Of a stretch of DNA of 64,000 nucleotides, positions 24,001 through 36,000 are shown piece by piece. Positions within the stretch are counted from its first letter, which is position 1. Each line of letters starts with the position of its first letter. The stretch covers positions 12,214,001-12,278,000 of the forward strand of contig NC_092671.1 in the NCBI RefSeq assembly GCF_964355755.1, written 5' to 3'. Source of the DNA: Antedon mediterranea (lineage: Eukaryota; Animalia; Echinodermata). The position numbers and the translations under genes were made by a program. The notes beneath the pieces were generated by a model, which was not told the origin of the DNA, ran no database searches, and saw only the letters and a list, made by a program, of their open reading frames with translations.

Positions 24001-27000
24001 ATTGTCAAAGTATTGCAAGTTTATTCTCCAAGGGCTCATAAATTTACCTACTTGGGTTAAACCAAACTGGCAGACTGAGAGACTGGAATGTTCCATTCAT
24101 CGCAAATCAATACATTTGTATAAACGTATATTAAATCTATCAAAATAGTATTTTTTAAAAGAAAATCGGCCTGTCTTCAACATTATGATGCTGTACTCGA
24201 GCTGTTCAACCGGTTTTCAGCCATTAAAAACAATTATCGTAGGAGGAGATAGGAAAATGCGAAGCATCCTCGTATTATTGTCTGCGGGTATTTTTCAAGA
24301 TGGACATACATTAGACAGTGACGTGTATACACAATCGGAAAACACCCCTATTTGGGGCAAATCGTTGAACCTAAATTCGTTTTAATCGTCAATAACTAAT
24401 TATCGAACTCAATTTAATTAGTAAACACGGTTACATCAGGTGGTTAAAATCAGTACCGAAAGTACGAACCAACTTTATATACCATCGAGTAAACATTCTA
24501 GAAATTACGCGCGATTTACCGAATTTTGCCCTTACGTAAATTTATATATAGATGCAAACGTTGAGAAGCAACTGTCAGTAATAAAGTTTATTTGTATATT
24601 ACGTGTTTATATATCTAACAGTAGAGCCTACCCATAATCACAGTAATAAAGTTTATTTGTAAATATTTTTTTACATCTAACAGTATTCACAGTAAGAAAT
24701 GTTTGTATATATTTTTTTACATCTAACAGTATTCACAGTAAGAAATGTTCGATTCAAATGACGACCAAAAATGGTTAATAGGTATTTGCAGTACTGTATT
24801 GTCAAAGTATTGCAAGTTTATTCTCAAAGGGCTCATAAATTTACCTACTTGTGTTAAACCAAACTGGCAGACTGAGAGATTGGAATGTTCCATTCATCGC
24901 AAATCAATACATTTGTAAAAACGTAAATTAAATCTATCAAAATAGTATTTTTTAAAGAAAATCGGCCTGTCTTCAACATTATGATGCTGTACTCGAGCAG
25001 TTCAACCGGTTTTCAGCTATTAAAAACAATTATCGTAGGAGGAGATAGGAAAATGCGAAGCGTCCTCGTATTATTGTGTGCGGGTATTTTTCAAGTTGGA
25101 CATCCATTAAACAGTGTATACCACGATCGGAAAACACCCCTATTTGGGGCAAATCGTTGAACCTAAATTCGTTTTAATCGTCAATAACTAATTATCTAAC
25201 TCAATTTAATTAGTAAACAGGGTTACATCAGGTGGTTAAAATCAGTACCGAAAGTACGAACCAACTTTATATACCATCGAGTAAAAATTCTACAAGTAAG
25301 GCGCGATTTACCGAATTTTGCCCTTACGTAAATTTATATATAGATAAACATTATTTTAATAAAAACTTAACTAAAAAATATGTTTATTCTTTGATTTTAT
25401 TCTTAAACATATATTGCTTGGTTTCATTTAATATTTGTTCCTCCATCGTGCCGTGGTTTCATACACCATAGGCTTTACTACTGTACGTTTATGATACTGC
25501 ATTGGCTTGTTATAACTGCGGCGGTATTGGCCTCCCATAGAAAATGTTGGCGGCCGTTTCAGTCGGCGGCTGTTTCGGTTACACACCCTCTAGCTAGGCA
25601 TAGCCTAGAGATTTATTATTGATAAGCCTACTGTAGGCCTAGCTAGCGGCTATAGTATAAGCCTAGGCTAGGCTGTACTCTATTTATTTATGAGCTAATG
25701 CTCATGCATGCCTATTTAAATAGCATAGACTATAGGGCCTAGATAGGTATTATTACATTATCATTGTTATTTCAAATTTGGCCATAACTAAGTGCTCAAT
25801 CACAACACAACAAAACCATTTTTCACTCAAGTCTGAGGTTAAAGATGTATTGTCCCCCTGAAAAATAATTTTTTCAATTTTTTTTTTTTTGTATATGGAA
25901 TTTTAATGTCACACAATAGTTATCCACTTGGTCAAATTGGCTACCAGCCAATGGTCCAATGGATTGTTGGTTGAATTTAACCATTTATACTGTATGCTAT
26001 CTTATAAGTGAAAATATATATTTATTTTTTTTTTTTTTAATACGTTTTTGGGGGACAATACATCTTTAAAAAATGGTTGCATCTATAATAATAATAATCT
26101 GATTTGAATGAGATATTAAATTATTCTTCTCAAGCGACAGGAAATTTATCGTTTACTTATCGGTATAATTTTTATCAGTTAATTTTTTTACTGTGGAAAC
26201 ATGGCCATTATTTAATTATTTGGCTACTTTCAACTCATACTGTAACTGGATGTTTTCATTCTTTCTTCCGAAATAGGATAAAACTTTTGGATTGAAAAAC
26301 AAGAAAGGGCAAAAAAACCAAAAATATATTCAACATGTAACAAAACAAGTCCAACATGGAAATCAAAAGACTACAAGGGTATGTTGTAAACAATTTATTT
26401 TATTTTCAGTCTTGAAGTATTAAGTAACAACAGTATGGTGTTTATAGTCTTAATCATGCCATATATTTTCAAAACTAAAATTCTGTATTAATTAATTAAT
26501 TATTTAGAGTGGCCCCAAATAACATGCCCCGTACTGTTTTTAGTTGGATATCTTGATGTTAAAATTATAATATCTTGGGTGGTTTTATTTTATGTCAACA
26601 CATGCTTACAATTATTTCAAGAATACATTTTCATTTTTAATTCCTTGATCAACAAGATGGAAGATATGCAGAGCAAAACCAAGCTGAAGGAAGATAAAAA
26701 GAAAGAACAAGAAGAATTAAACAAACTGTTCAAACCAGTAACTGCTGCACAAAAAGTTGCTAAAGGTTATATGTTAAGCCTTGTCTACACTATAAAACAT
26801 TATGTGACAAAAAATGTGATGAGCCCATATATGGACATGATGTCATATCACTACCATATGTGGGCACGTAACACTTTTTTTTGTCAAACTAGTTTGATAG
26901 TGTAGACAGAGCTTTAGACGGCTTTAGAGAGCTTTTAATTTGACAACTGATGACCTAGTTAAATCATATTAATTTAATACCTGCAGAGAAATCAGGACAT

Positions 27001-30000
27001 GCTTCTTTGATGCTGGTTTCTATGCATCAATATGTACAGTAGGTTCTAGATCGAAAGCTCCCTATTGTGTATGTTTTACTGATTTAGCATGGCACTCAGT
27101 TTTGAAAACCATTTAATGTACAGACATATCTTTTATTAAAACACATCCTTGATTTATTTTGCTAGAGTTTTTTATTTTCAGTACTCCTATAACTTCGTTT
27201 TTCACTATAAAAGAAATTGCATGAAAGTTTAGCCCATATTTCCATATTTGTCTAAGAACATTTGGCAAACCTTACAAATAAATCAATAATGATAATCCCC
27301 CCTTTTAGGAACGATCTACAATATTATTATATTACACTATTAAATATTGTTTATTATCAGGTATGTAAGCTTGAGTACATTATTTGAAACCTACTGTTTT
27401 TTATTATTTATATTTTTATCAGAAACTTGTTCTATTTTCAGGTGTTGACCCGAAGTCTGTTGTGTGTGCCTTTTTTAAACAAGGGCAATGCAAAAAAGGT
27501 GACAAATGCAAATTTTCACATGATCTCACATTACAGAGAAAAGCAGAAAAGAAAAGTATGTATGAAGATGAAAGAAATGAAAAGGAAAAAGGTAAGTTAA
27601 TTAAAATTTTGAAATAAAAAAATGATTGCGAGTCAAAATTGCCAAGTGGTGAAGGCAGGGGCGCCGTTTACTGTACCTAAAGAGTGAACAATATCGTCAT
27701 CGGTTCGACTCGCTCCTAGTTCTAATGGTGAAACAAGTCTTCTCTGATAAGGACTATAAACCGTAGGTCCGGTGTACACAGTTTGCCTGTGTGAATTTTC
27801 AAGAACCCAATTCAGCAATTGAGACAAGAAGGGGGTTACGCCAGTAGTACTGTAATGCTGTTTAGTTTCAGACACATTAATGTTCACATTTGTTTTGATA
27901 ATAGTAATTAACATGTTCAGTATTTTTCTATCAGACACTATGGATAATTGGGACGAGGCAAAACTGCAAGACGTTGTAAATCAAAAGCATGGCGAGGCTG
28001 AGATTAAACAACCTAAGACCGATAAAGTAAGTATAAATAATATACGATAAGTGCAAAACTATATCATTGTGATATGCAAAAGTCAATAAAAACAAAACTG
28101 TAATCCTATGCTATGTACAGCTATGTGAACAGAATCATTTTGTACTATGTAAAATTGAAATATTCTCATGCAATATGATGCAAAGACTATGTTCAAACAT
28201 TGTTTTTATCTTTTATATTTAAAACATGCAAAACAACATCTTTTCACATACAAGATGTATTATACAGATATTGCCTCTTAGAGGGGTACATAAGTACCTA
28301 GTAATGCTGATGCATGATCAATCCTTTCCTCATATTTATATACTGTAGGCTGTAAATACTATATATAATAATGTATTAAATGTTTTACATTTCAGAGTAT
28401 ACTGTATATTCCATTTAATATACATTCAATGTATAATAATTGAATACATTATGTATTGTTTTTAGGTTTGTAAATTCTTCCTGCAAGCTATTGAGGATTG
28501 TAAGTATGGTTGGTTTTGGATTTGTCCAAATGGTGGCGACAAGTGCATGTATAAGCACGCGCTTCCACCAGGCTTTGTACTTAAGAAAAATAAAAAGACA
28601 GACGAAGAGGAAGAGGAGAAGATATCACTAGAGGAGCTAATTGAGGATGAGGTATGTTACTTTTATGTTTTATTATTAGTCTATAGGATCAAGTATGGTG
28701 TCTCAGGGAGCCTAGGTTTGTGGGAAACTAGGGAGGTAACTTGGAGTACATTAGCAATAACATAGGTTAACCATTTAGCATAAATGTAGGGGTGAGATTT
28801 ATACTCGAGGATAGAGTATATATGATGTTTGCAGTACACCACGTATATATAGTTCTGAAAAGAACTGAAGAGTTTGAAGATTATAGTTACTAAAACATTT
28901 ATCCAGAATGGCACAAGCATGAATGATAATAATAACAATATAAATTCACGCTTAAATTATGTTATGATTTTGAGTGTTCAAAATTTAGATAAAAATGAAG
29001 TTTCTAGTAATAATATAAGAAACTGTATATATTCAAAGTAATATAAATGCATATCAAAAACATATCAGTTTACTCTCTGCTTAAGTTTGTTAGCGCATTT
29101 TATATAACACCTATATAAATTCCTGTCATTTGATTGGACGAATGTGGGTCACATGGCGTGCAATAGTACGCACTATTCAACGATCGTTAAATAGTACTTT
29201 TTGAAACATTTTTGTGTACGAAAAAAAAACGTCTAGATGTTATATAAAACAAATAATGAATGTTTTGTATTCGTGTAATGGTACAAATAATGGCACTTGG
29301 TGAATGATGAAAGGTTATATCAACTCGGCTTTGCCTCGTTGATATAACCTTTCATCATTCACCTCGTGCCATTATTTGTACCATTGCACTCATAAACATT
29401 CATTATTTGTATAATATGTTATGAAAAGAACTTTACAATTCTATTTTTGTGTCTAACTAGAGGGCTAAACTTGCATCTACCAATTTAACTAAACTAACTT
29501 TGGAAAGTTTCACTGCTTGGAAGAAGAGAAAAATTGCAGAGAAAAAGAAGATGTTTGAAGAAACAATGACAAAGAAAAAGAATGATTTCAAACAAGGAAG
29601 AGCTCTTGGTGTAAGTTTGCCAAAACTCATTGATTAAATAAAATTAATATTTTACTTAGAACATTCAATATTAATAAACATTCATTATTTGTATAGTACT
29701 CCAGTTCAAAATATCTTTGATTCAGTTTTCTGAAAGGAATTTACAATATTCCACAATAAAATTATAATAATTCTTGTAAATATATTAACTTGTAGCTGAG
29801 TGGAAGAGAAGTGTTTGAATTCAAACCAGAATTAGCAGATGCCGATGATGAAGGTGCGGATGATACCAGATATGTACGAGAAGTAGATGAGGAGGAAGGA
29901 GAAGTGGTAAGACACATTTAAGTATTTTGAATACTGAGATGAATTGCTTATCTTGGACTTTGCCAGATGATGCAATATTGTATGAACATAAAGATGCCAA

Positions 30001-31235
30001 CTTAATAATCTATTGGAGTACTGTTCGTTTGCAGGTTTTCGGATTTGAATACAATATATATACAAATAATTTAAAAATAATACTTGTTGCAGGATTTAGC
30101 TTTTATTATTTTTAAGTATTAGTTTTTAGGCTAGTTAGGGACGTAGGGGGACACAACTTATCAAGCTCTTTTGAGTTTTTATGTGTTTCCTTTTCATCTT
30201 TTTATTGTGTATTCTTATATTGCTGTATTTCACAATGTTTTATGTTTGATAAATAAAGAATATTTGATTTGATATATTATATCTAGTCAACTTTCTATTC
30301 TACATTAGAACCCCTTCTTTGGAACGCTTTTCCGTAAAACAAACAAAGAGCAATATATGTTAAATTACTACAGCTAACTCCTATTAAGAGGACACCCATA
30401 TTATTTTATGTATATATCTATATAGTTATGATGTATAAGTTATTATTATCTTTTTGTTATGACTCTATGGATGTGAATTTCCGAATTAAAAATTGAATTA
30501 TTGTGACATCTTGTTTGGTTCACCTCAACAAACAAATTGATTGTTTAACTTTGATTAAATTTCACAGGATACTGGTCCAGTAAAAGAAATCACATTAGAA
30601 GATATGGGTAGCCTAGCTACTGAAGTAGACAACACTGGTACAATCTCAAAGCCCTCTCAACGTGGGGAACAAGTGGGTGCTACAAAAGAAAATAGCCTAC
30701 CAGGTGCATGTCACACAGAAGGTATGTAAACCATCATTGTTTAATTGAAATATATATTTTTTATTTATTTTTTTTTTTAGATTACTAACGCTATCTTCAC
30801 TATCTATCAAACTAGTTTGACAAAAAAAAGTGTGATGTGCCTAAATTTGGTAATGGTATGCCCAAATATAGTAGTGATACAACATCATCATGTCCATACA
30901 GTATATGGGCACATCACATTTTTTTATCACATAAAGTTTGATAGTGCAGATAAAGCTTTATAGATACAATCGATTCTCATATCCGATATCGTGTCAATCA
31001 ACAATATACATTCTGCATATAGTCACCCCTGTCAAAATATTTTCTTTTTATAGATGAATCATCTAAATTAGGAATGGCTGGTGCTTTATCGATGTCAGAT
31101 GTAACTCAAGTCAACGGCGTGCCTATCGACGAAGGAGTATTCGATGGCGATGACGTCCCTGTTGATGAAGATTTATTTACAAATGAACTTGATGATTTAG
31201 ATGAAGATTTAGATGGATTAGATTTAGAGGATTGA
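21079..31235 (+). CDS. ZC3H15: Zinc finger CCCH domain-containing protein 15 (DFRP1/Tma46 homolog), 10 coding exons
   Basis: [13 protein letters not shown] (21079-21147) / [11 protein letters not shown] (26277-26378) / ELNKLFKPV (26657-26765) / [29 protein letters not shown] (27442-27591) / MDNWDE (27935-28026) / [31 protein letters not shown] (28466-28651) / 29461-29610 / LSGREVF (about 29796-29906) / about 30568-30721 / acidic tail (31054-31235). Confidence 0.96.
21367..22156 (+). mobile_element. PIF/Harbinger deletion derivative retaining a Myb/SANT-like fragment
   Basis: TIRs ggccctgtttctgctgccaact / agttgcagcagaaacaggccc flanked by TAG; 21751-21930 reads [51 protein letters not shown]. 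Confidence 0.75.
22281..22941. mobile_element. MITE with TTAA flanks (Kolobok- or Harbinger-like)
   Basis: ttaa|agcctgatttcctgtcgacgtt..acgttgagttgcgttgag versus ctcaacgcaactcaacgt..aacgtcgacaggaaaacaggct|ttaa. Confidence 0.8.
23231..25344 (-). mobile_element. Non-autonomous Helitron with a duplicated 5' region of about 795 bp
   Basis: Minus strand begins A|TCTATATATA (25344) and ends in hairpin ctagatggtacgcgagcgaagcgagcgtaccatCTAG|T (23231); tandem copies at 23756-24552 and 24553-25344. Confidence 0.8.
25843..26065. mobile_element. Kolobok-like MITE (TTAA TSD, AG..CT ends)
   Basis: ttaa|agatgtattgtcccc ... ggggacaatacatct|ttaa; same TIR family as 46052-46597. Confidence 0.8.
26776..26914. 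mobile_element. Short MITE family (aagct..tctacactatcaaac ... gtttgatagtgtagacagagctt)
   Basis: Further copies at about 30788-30958, 37166-37290, 52849-53031, 55990-56074 (partial) and 59182-59322. Confidence 0.85.
27632..27855 (+). mobile_element. tRNA-derived SINE with Deu/Nin-like central domain
   Basis: A-box-like gccaagtggt, B box ggttcgactc at 27701, then cttctctgataaggactataaaccgtaggtcc..aagaaccc..aagaaggggg, resembling the Nin/Deu domain as I recall it. Confidence 0.6.
29101..29414 (-). mobile_element. Internally deleted copy of the hairpin-ended Crypton-like family
   Basis: Reverse complement of both ends of 51668-52721, including the long palindrome at about 29250-29410. Confidence 0.75.
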
Positions 31236-31354
31236 TGTTAACCTTTGAGAATGTTTACAGTTGTACAGTATATAGAGAGTTTTGCCAACTTGCAATCATG
31301 AAATGCATGTATTATTGAGCAGTTTTTTTAGGATATTTCCAGTTGAGAGGGATA

Positions 31355-31479
31355 CAGTAGAAGCCCTATTGGGGACATTTGTGAGATCCTTAATAGGGGT
31401 TGGCCGTTGTTTCATAAGAAAGTGTCCCCTGAATACAGGTGTTCTCTGAATACAGGTGTCCAAAAAATGGGTTCTACTG
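31355..31479. mobile_element. Tc1/mariner (pogo-like) MITE in the ZC3H15 3' UTR
   Basis: ta|cagtagaagccc ... gggttctactg|ta. Confidence 0.7.
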
Positions 31480-33098
31480 TATAATCTCTTCTCTTTGAAA
31501 ACTGAATAACTGATTTTTCAGTAAATCAATTTTTATAAACATTTTAAAAAGTAGAAAGGTTGTGGAACCATGAGAAAAGTATGGTTATGTTTGAGAGTGT
31601 TTTAAGATTTTCGATTTTTGGCAGAGTCACAATCATTGCCATTTTAGTGGGTATTTTGGTTACTGAAAGGAAGGTGTAACAAAACATGATATATTTCCAG
31701 AATAATGCAATGGTTACAACATGCAGGCAAGTTGCATGAACTCTCTATATTTACGGCCCCGTTAATAGGTAATATGCTAAAAACAAATAATCTACAAATC
31801 TGCATGTAATAAAAGCAAAAAACCCATATTCAAGATATATTGTATACGGACAATAAATAAATTCATACATTTAATTTATTTTCTCAGAGGTTTTTATTAT
31901 CCTGAACAGAATCAGTTTATATATTTCATGATAAAATGTATTATTTTGTAAAATTAATTAAGTTAATTTTTATGATACTATCCAATGTGACACGTACGAT
32001 TAGCCAAAATAATTGGTTCCTTTTAAAAGCATTTAAAAGTAGAAGCAGGCACATCACTATCCCAACTTTTGAATAAAATCAATTTTTATTATCAATAAAA
32101 TGATTTACTACATTCATAGTGTAAACATTTATAAATTACAGGTTACTCAAAAATATAATCAGTTTTTATGTGCTTGCAATAAATACAGAAGTACAGTATG
32201 TCAAATGATATTCGGATAATATACAGTGCTAAACATGCTGACCAACGGGCAGAATTAATGCGATAAGTTGTTATCTTAGGTTAAAAGTATCTTGGTGTTC
32301 ATCTCTGTCTGGCTAAAGTCAAACATTTCAAAATATTAATTTGCTTATGACTATATAAACTATGAAATAAACACAACATTAAACAACTTTTTGAAAAGTA
32401 TGTCTTTATTTAAGTCTCAAAAAAATACTCCAATAGCAACCCCACCATAAATAGTAACTATAAAAATAAGTATTGACCCACTACTCTAATGTGAGAATGA
32501 AGACGACCAGTGTTTACTATTAGAGATTTTACAATATATGTGAACACAACCTTGTGGAATATTGTAAAATAGATGTCTAACTATAGTTTTCTGAACAATT
32601 TAACAAAATTGGAATCGAAAATTGATGGAATATTATTAGTTCAATTACTTTAATAACAAGTGGTCCCAATTATCCAAAAAAATGTCCAAAATATTAAATA
32701 TCAAAACAAAAAAGTACAAATAGTGTAATTATAATAATTTCAGCCTTGTGTGGTATAAGTAGAAGTGGAAAATGTTTTTACAAATTTGAATAAGTAATAG
32801 AAAACTGTCCAAGTTAACTAAAATGATCAACAGACCTTAAGTACAATTTCAGCCTTGATTTCATAGTCGCCTATGTTTTGATGATCAGTTGAGATAGAAA
32901 TATGTTTGTACAAAACGAGCAAATCCCAACTATAAATTGCATAAACTAAAATCAAAATTTGAAAAATAATAGTAAATTATTGCTCTTAGAAAGAAATGGG
33001 TGACCGTGAGATGAGCTTTTGTCATCTCATTTAACTACCAGTGTTACAGTATTATGTTTCTATAATTTATTTAAATAATGTTTCACTTTTGCTCTTCA

Positions 33099-36000
33099 TC
33101 AAAGTTCTGTGTGTGGTGGTACTTTTTCAGTAGTTTCATTTACCTGAAGAATAGAAACAAAAAAAATCAATAACAAATGTTCTTGTCCTTTAACATCATT
33201 TTTGTTTTCTATTTTTGCACATAGTTTACTGAAATAACATTATAAGCAGTTACTTGGTATCGAAGTATTAATAAGCCTATATAAAAATACAGCTCATACT
33301 TACTTCAAACATTGCAAAACGCTTTTCTAAATGTGGTACAAGCCATTCAGGTGATATATCTGGTACATGCTCTCCAAACCAATTCTAAAGACAATAAGTT
33401 AATTGTTAAAACTTCACAATGTCAATATAAAAGAAAGTCTTACAGAAAACTGAAAACAAAGTTGATGCCACCTTATAATAATTTATTATACAGATTATTA
33501 TACATACCTGAGAATGACCTTCAACCTTTGACCCTGAATACAATCTCACAGTTGGGTATGCTCCTATACTCGCTTTCTGGCACATTTTCGCATTCTGTTG
33601 ACACTCAATCTTTCCAACGTTAACACGTCCTTTCAAGGCTCTTGCAATACGTTCATATTTCGGTAAATAGTTCAGGCATGGTCCGCACCATGAAGCATAG
33701 TAATCTACCAACCAAGGCTCTTTACTACGCATTACTTTTTCTTTGATGTTTGAATTGTCTAAAGTCACAACCATTGATGGCATAAAGGTGAACGACCAGC
33801 CTAGTAGAGAATTTGCATCCCGCATGAAGCTGTTATATTGCCTGAAAAATCAAAACAGTACAAAATTACCAAATAATCATATTCCTAGCTATTTATTGAT
33901 TATATTCTTTCTATAATTCATTTTATTTAACTCCCGATAAAACAATAGATGAAAGTTTAACATACTGGACACCAGCAACACCACGTTTCCCCGATGGGTA
34001 GAGTCGTATCGTTGGCCAACTATGTATACCCTGTTCATTACAAATATCCATGTTTTTGGTACAATCAACAGTTCCAACATTAGCAGAACCATTTAACATC
34101 TGAAACATAAAAATTGGGCATTAAATTATAATTTGATATTACTTATCCGAAAACAGGTAAGACAATGCGAGAAATGCAAGGGATTTAATGGAGCAGAATG
34201 TGAAATATTTCACAACTGATATGATAACTTGGATTATCGGCAATATATAACAATAAAAACCAAACTTACCTTTGCTAGTTTTCGCCACTCAGGAAGCAAG
34301 GCCTGACATGGTGGGCAGGTTGGTGAATAAAAATCAACTAACCACATCTCTGCCTTTTTCTTCTTTTTGATGAAATTATCAAAAAGGCTTTTATCCAAGT
34401 TTACTACAATTGGCTTTAGTGTATCCTATAAAATAATGATAAATAAATACTTATATTATGATAGCATTCCTTAAAATAATATACTGTGCAGTACTTAGAA
34501 ATAAAACTATAAGTTAAACTTTAGGTGCAAAAAAATGGCATGTTAACAGTACCTAAGACAATAAACTAGGCAAACAATTACACAAAATACACATACAGTA
34601 TACAAAATACACATATACATAAACAGTGACCTATAAATCTAAATATATAAAATGTAATCATTAATTTAATAGAAGGTTATGTGTTTAAATAAGGTAAACA
34701 AAGTTACTTTTTATTCCAGAAATAAACATTCTTTTTGCATATGTGATTTCAAAATAAATTGGGTAAAAAAGAGGAGACAAACTAACCTCAATAAAACTTA
34801 TGATCTCATGAGCTGGACTGAATCCTACATGCATGTGCGGTTGACTAGCATTAAACATTATGGTTGTCGGATACGAGCGTACGTTATGCTGTTGGCAAAT
34901 ACCATGATGCACTGTGCAATCAACAGTTCCAAAGTTGATATTCAACATGTCACGGGACACTTTACGAAGTTCAGCCATTAACTGACGACATGGAGGACAT
35001 TGCTAAAAAAGAGAGTAATTTATACATTAAGTTTGATTCTATAGTGCTCCAGTTTCTTGAGAAAAAGAGAAAATTTTATTTAAATACTGTTCAGTACTGA
35101 CAACAAGGAGGACATTGCTACAAAGAGAGTGTAATTTTTATTTAAATACTGTATATTATTGTACACTGCTACTTACAGGTGAGAAGAAATCAACAAACCA
35201 TGGCTCCCCACTGTTAACCACTTTATCAGGAAAATCATCAGGACCAAGCATATGTAATTTTGAATCTACACTCTCACGTGCAAAAGCAGCTATGTCATGA
35301 GCAGTCATTCGGCCTAAAAATAGAACACATTTATATAGATAATAGACAGATTGTGTATGTATAATAAAATGAGTTTTTCTTATTTGGAAATTGTCATCCT
35401 TCTATACACAGCTACGGCACATGTCCAGTTTCAATATTTTTCTTCATCCTCCACCCCATTATAAACTTTTATTTTTAAAAAGATTTTTTAACAAAGTTTA
35501 ACAGGCCGAGCAGAAATTTATTCTACCTGAAGACCAAAATTATACCAGTCCTATGTTAAATTTAAGATTTAAATGCTCCAAATATCAGTTTTAAGCGGAA
35601 CAAGTTTCCTATAGTAACAATACCATACCATGATGTATTTCGTATTCTCCTCCTTGCTTAAAAAGTACAGCTTTTGGGAAATTTTGCCCTACAATGTAAA
35701 GCTTGCTACAAAGTGCCTCCTGAGCATTACAGTCAAATTCACCAACCTATGAAAATATAAATAGGAATTTTAATTGTGATATATACTAAGCTTATTTATT
35801 TTCTTAAGAGATTATGTTGATCATTTAATGTCTTCCAGAGTCAATATGGCATCCTTTTTTGAGCAGTGAAAATCCCTTAATTAGCAGTTTTAAATGCTTT
35901 ATGTGGCTTGACATGTTGATTAATTTAGCAATGTATGGTAAAGCAAACAATTTTGCCAAGTGACAGACTCTTGTTCAAAATAAATTTAAAATCTCACCGT

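Larger units (their letters stand above)
22196..25587. mobile_element. Non-autonomous DNA transposon with 8-bp TSD (CTCTAGCT) and GG-starting imperfect TIRs, containing nested elements
   Basis: ctctagct|ggtttacagccgaaac ... gtttcggttacacacc|ctctagct. Confidence 0.65.

Noticed and set aside
23948-25471. Duplicated small ORFs (MVKISTEST...)
   Set aside because: They lie within the duplicated Helitron 5' region, show no homology, and frames are not preserved between copies.
27725-27775. Hammerhead-ribozyme-like words GAAAC and CTGATAAG
   Set aside because: The stems do not close properly, and the sequence is better explained as a Deu/Nin SINE domain.
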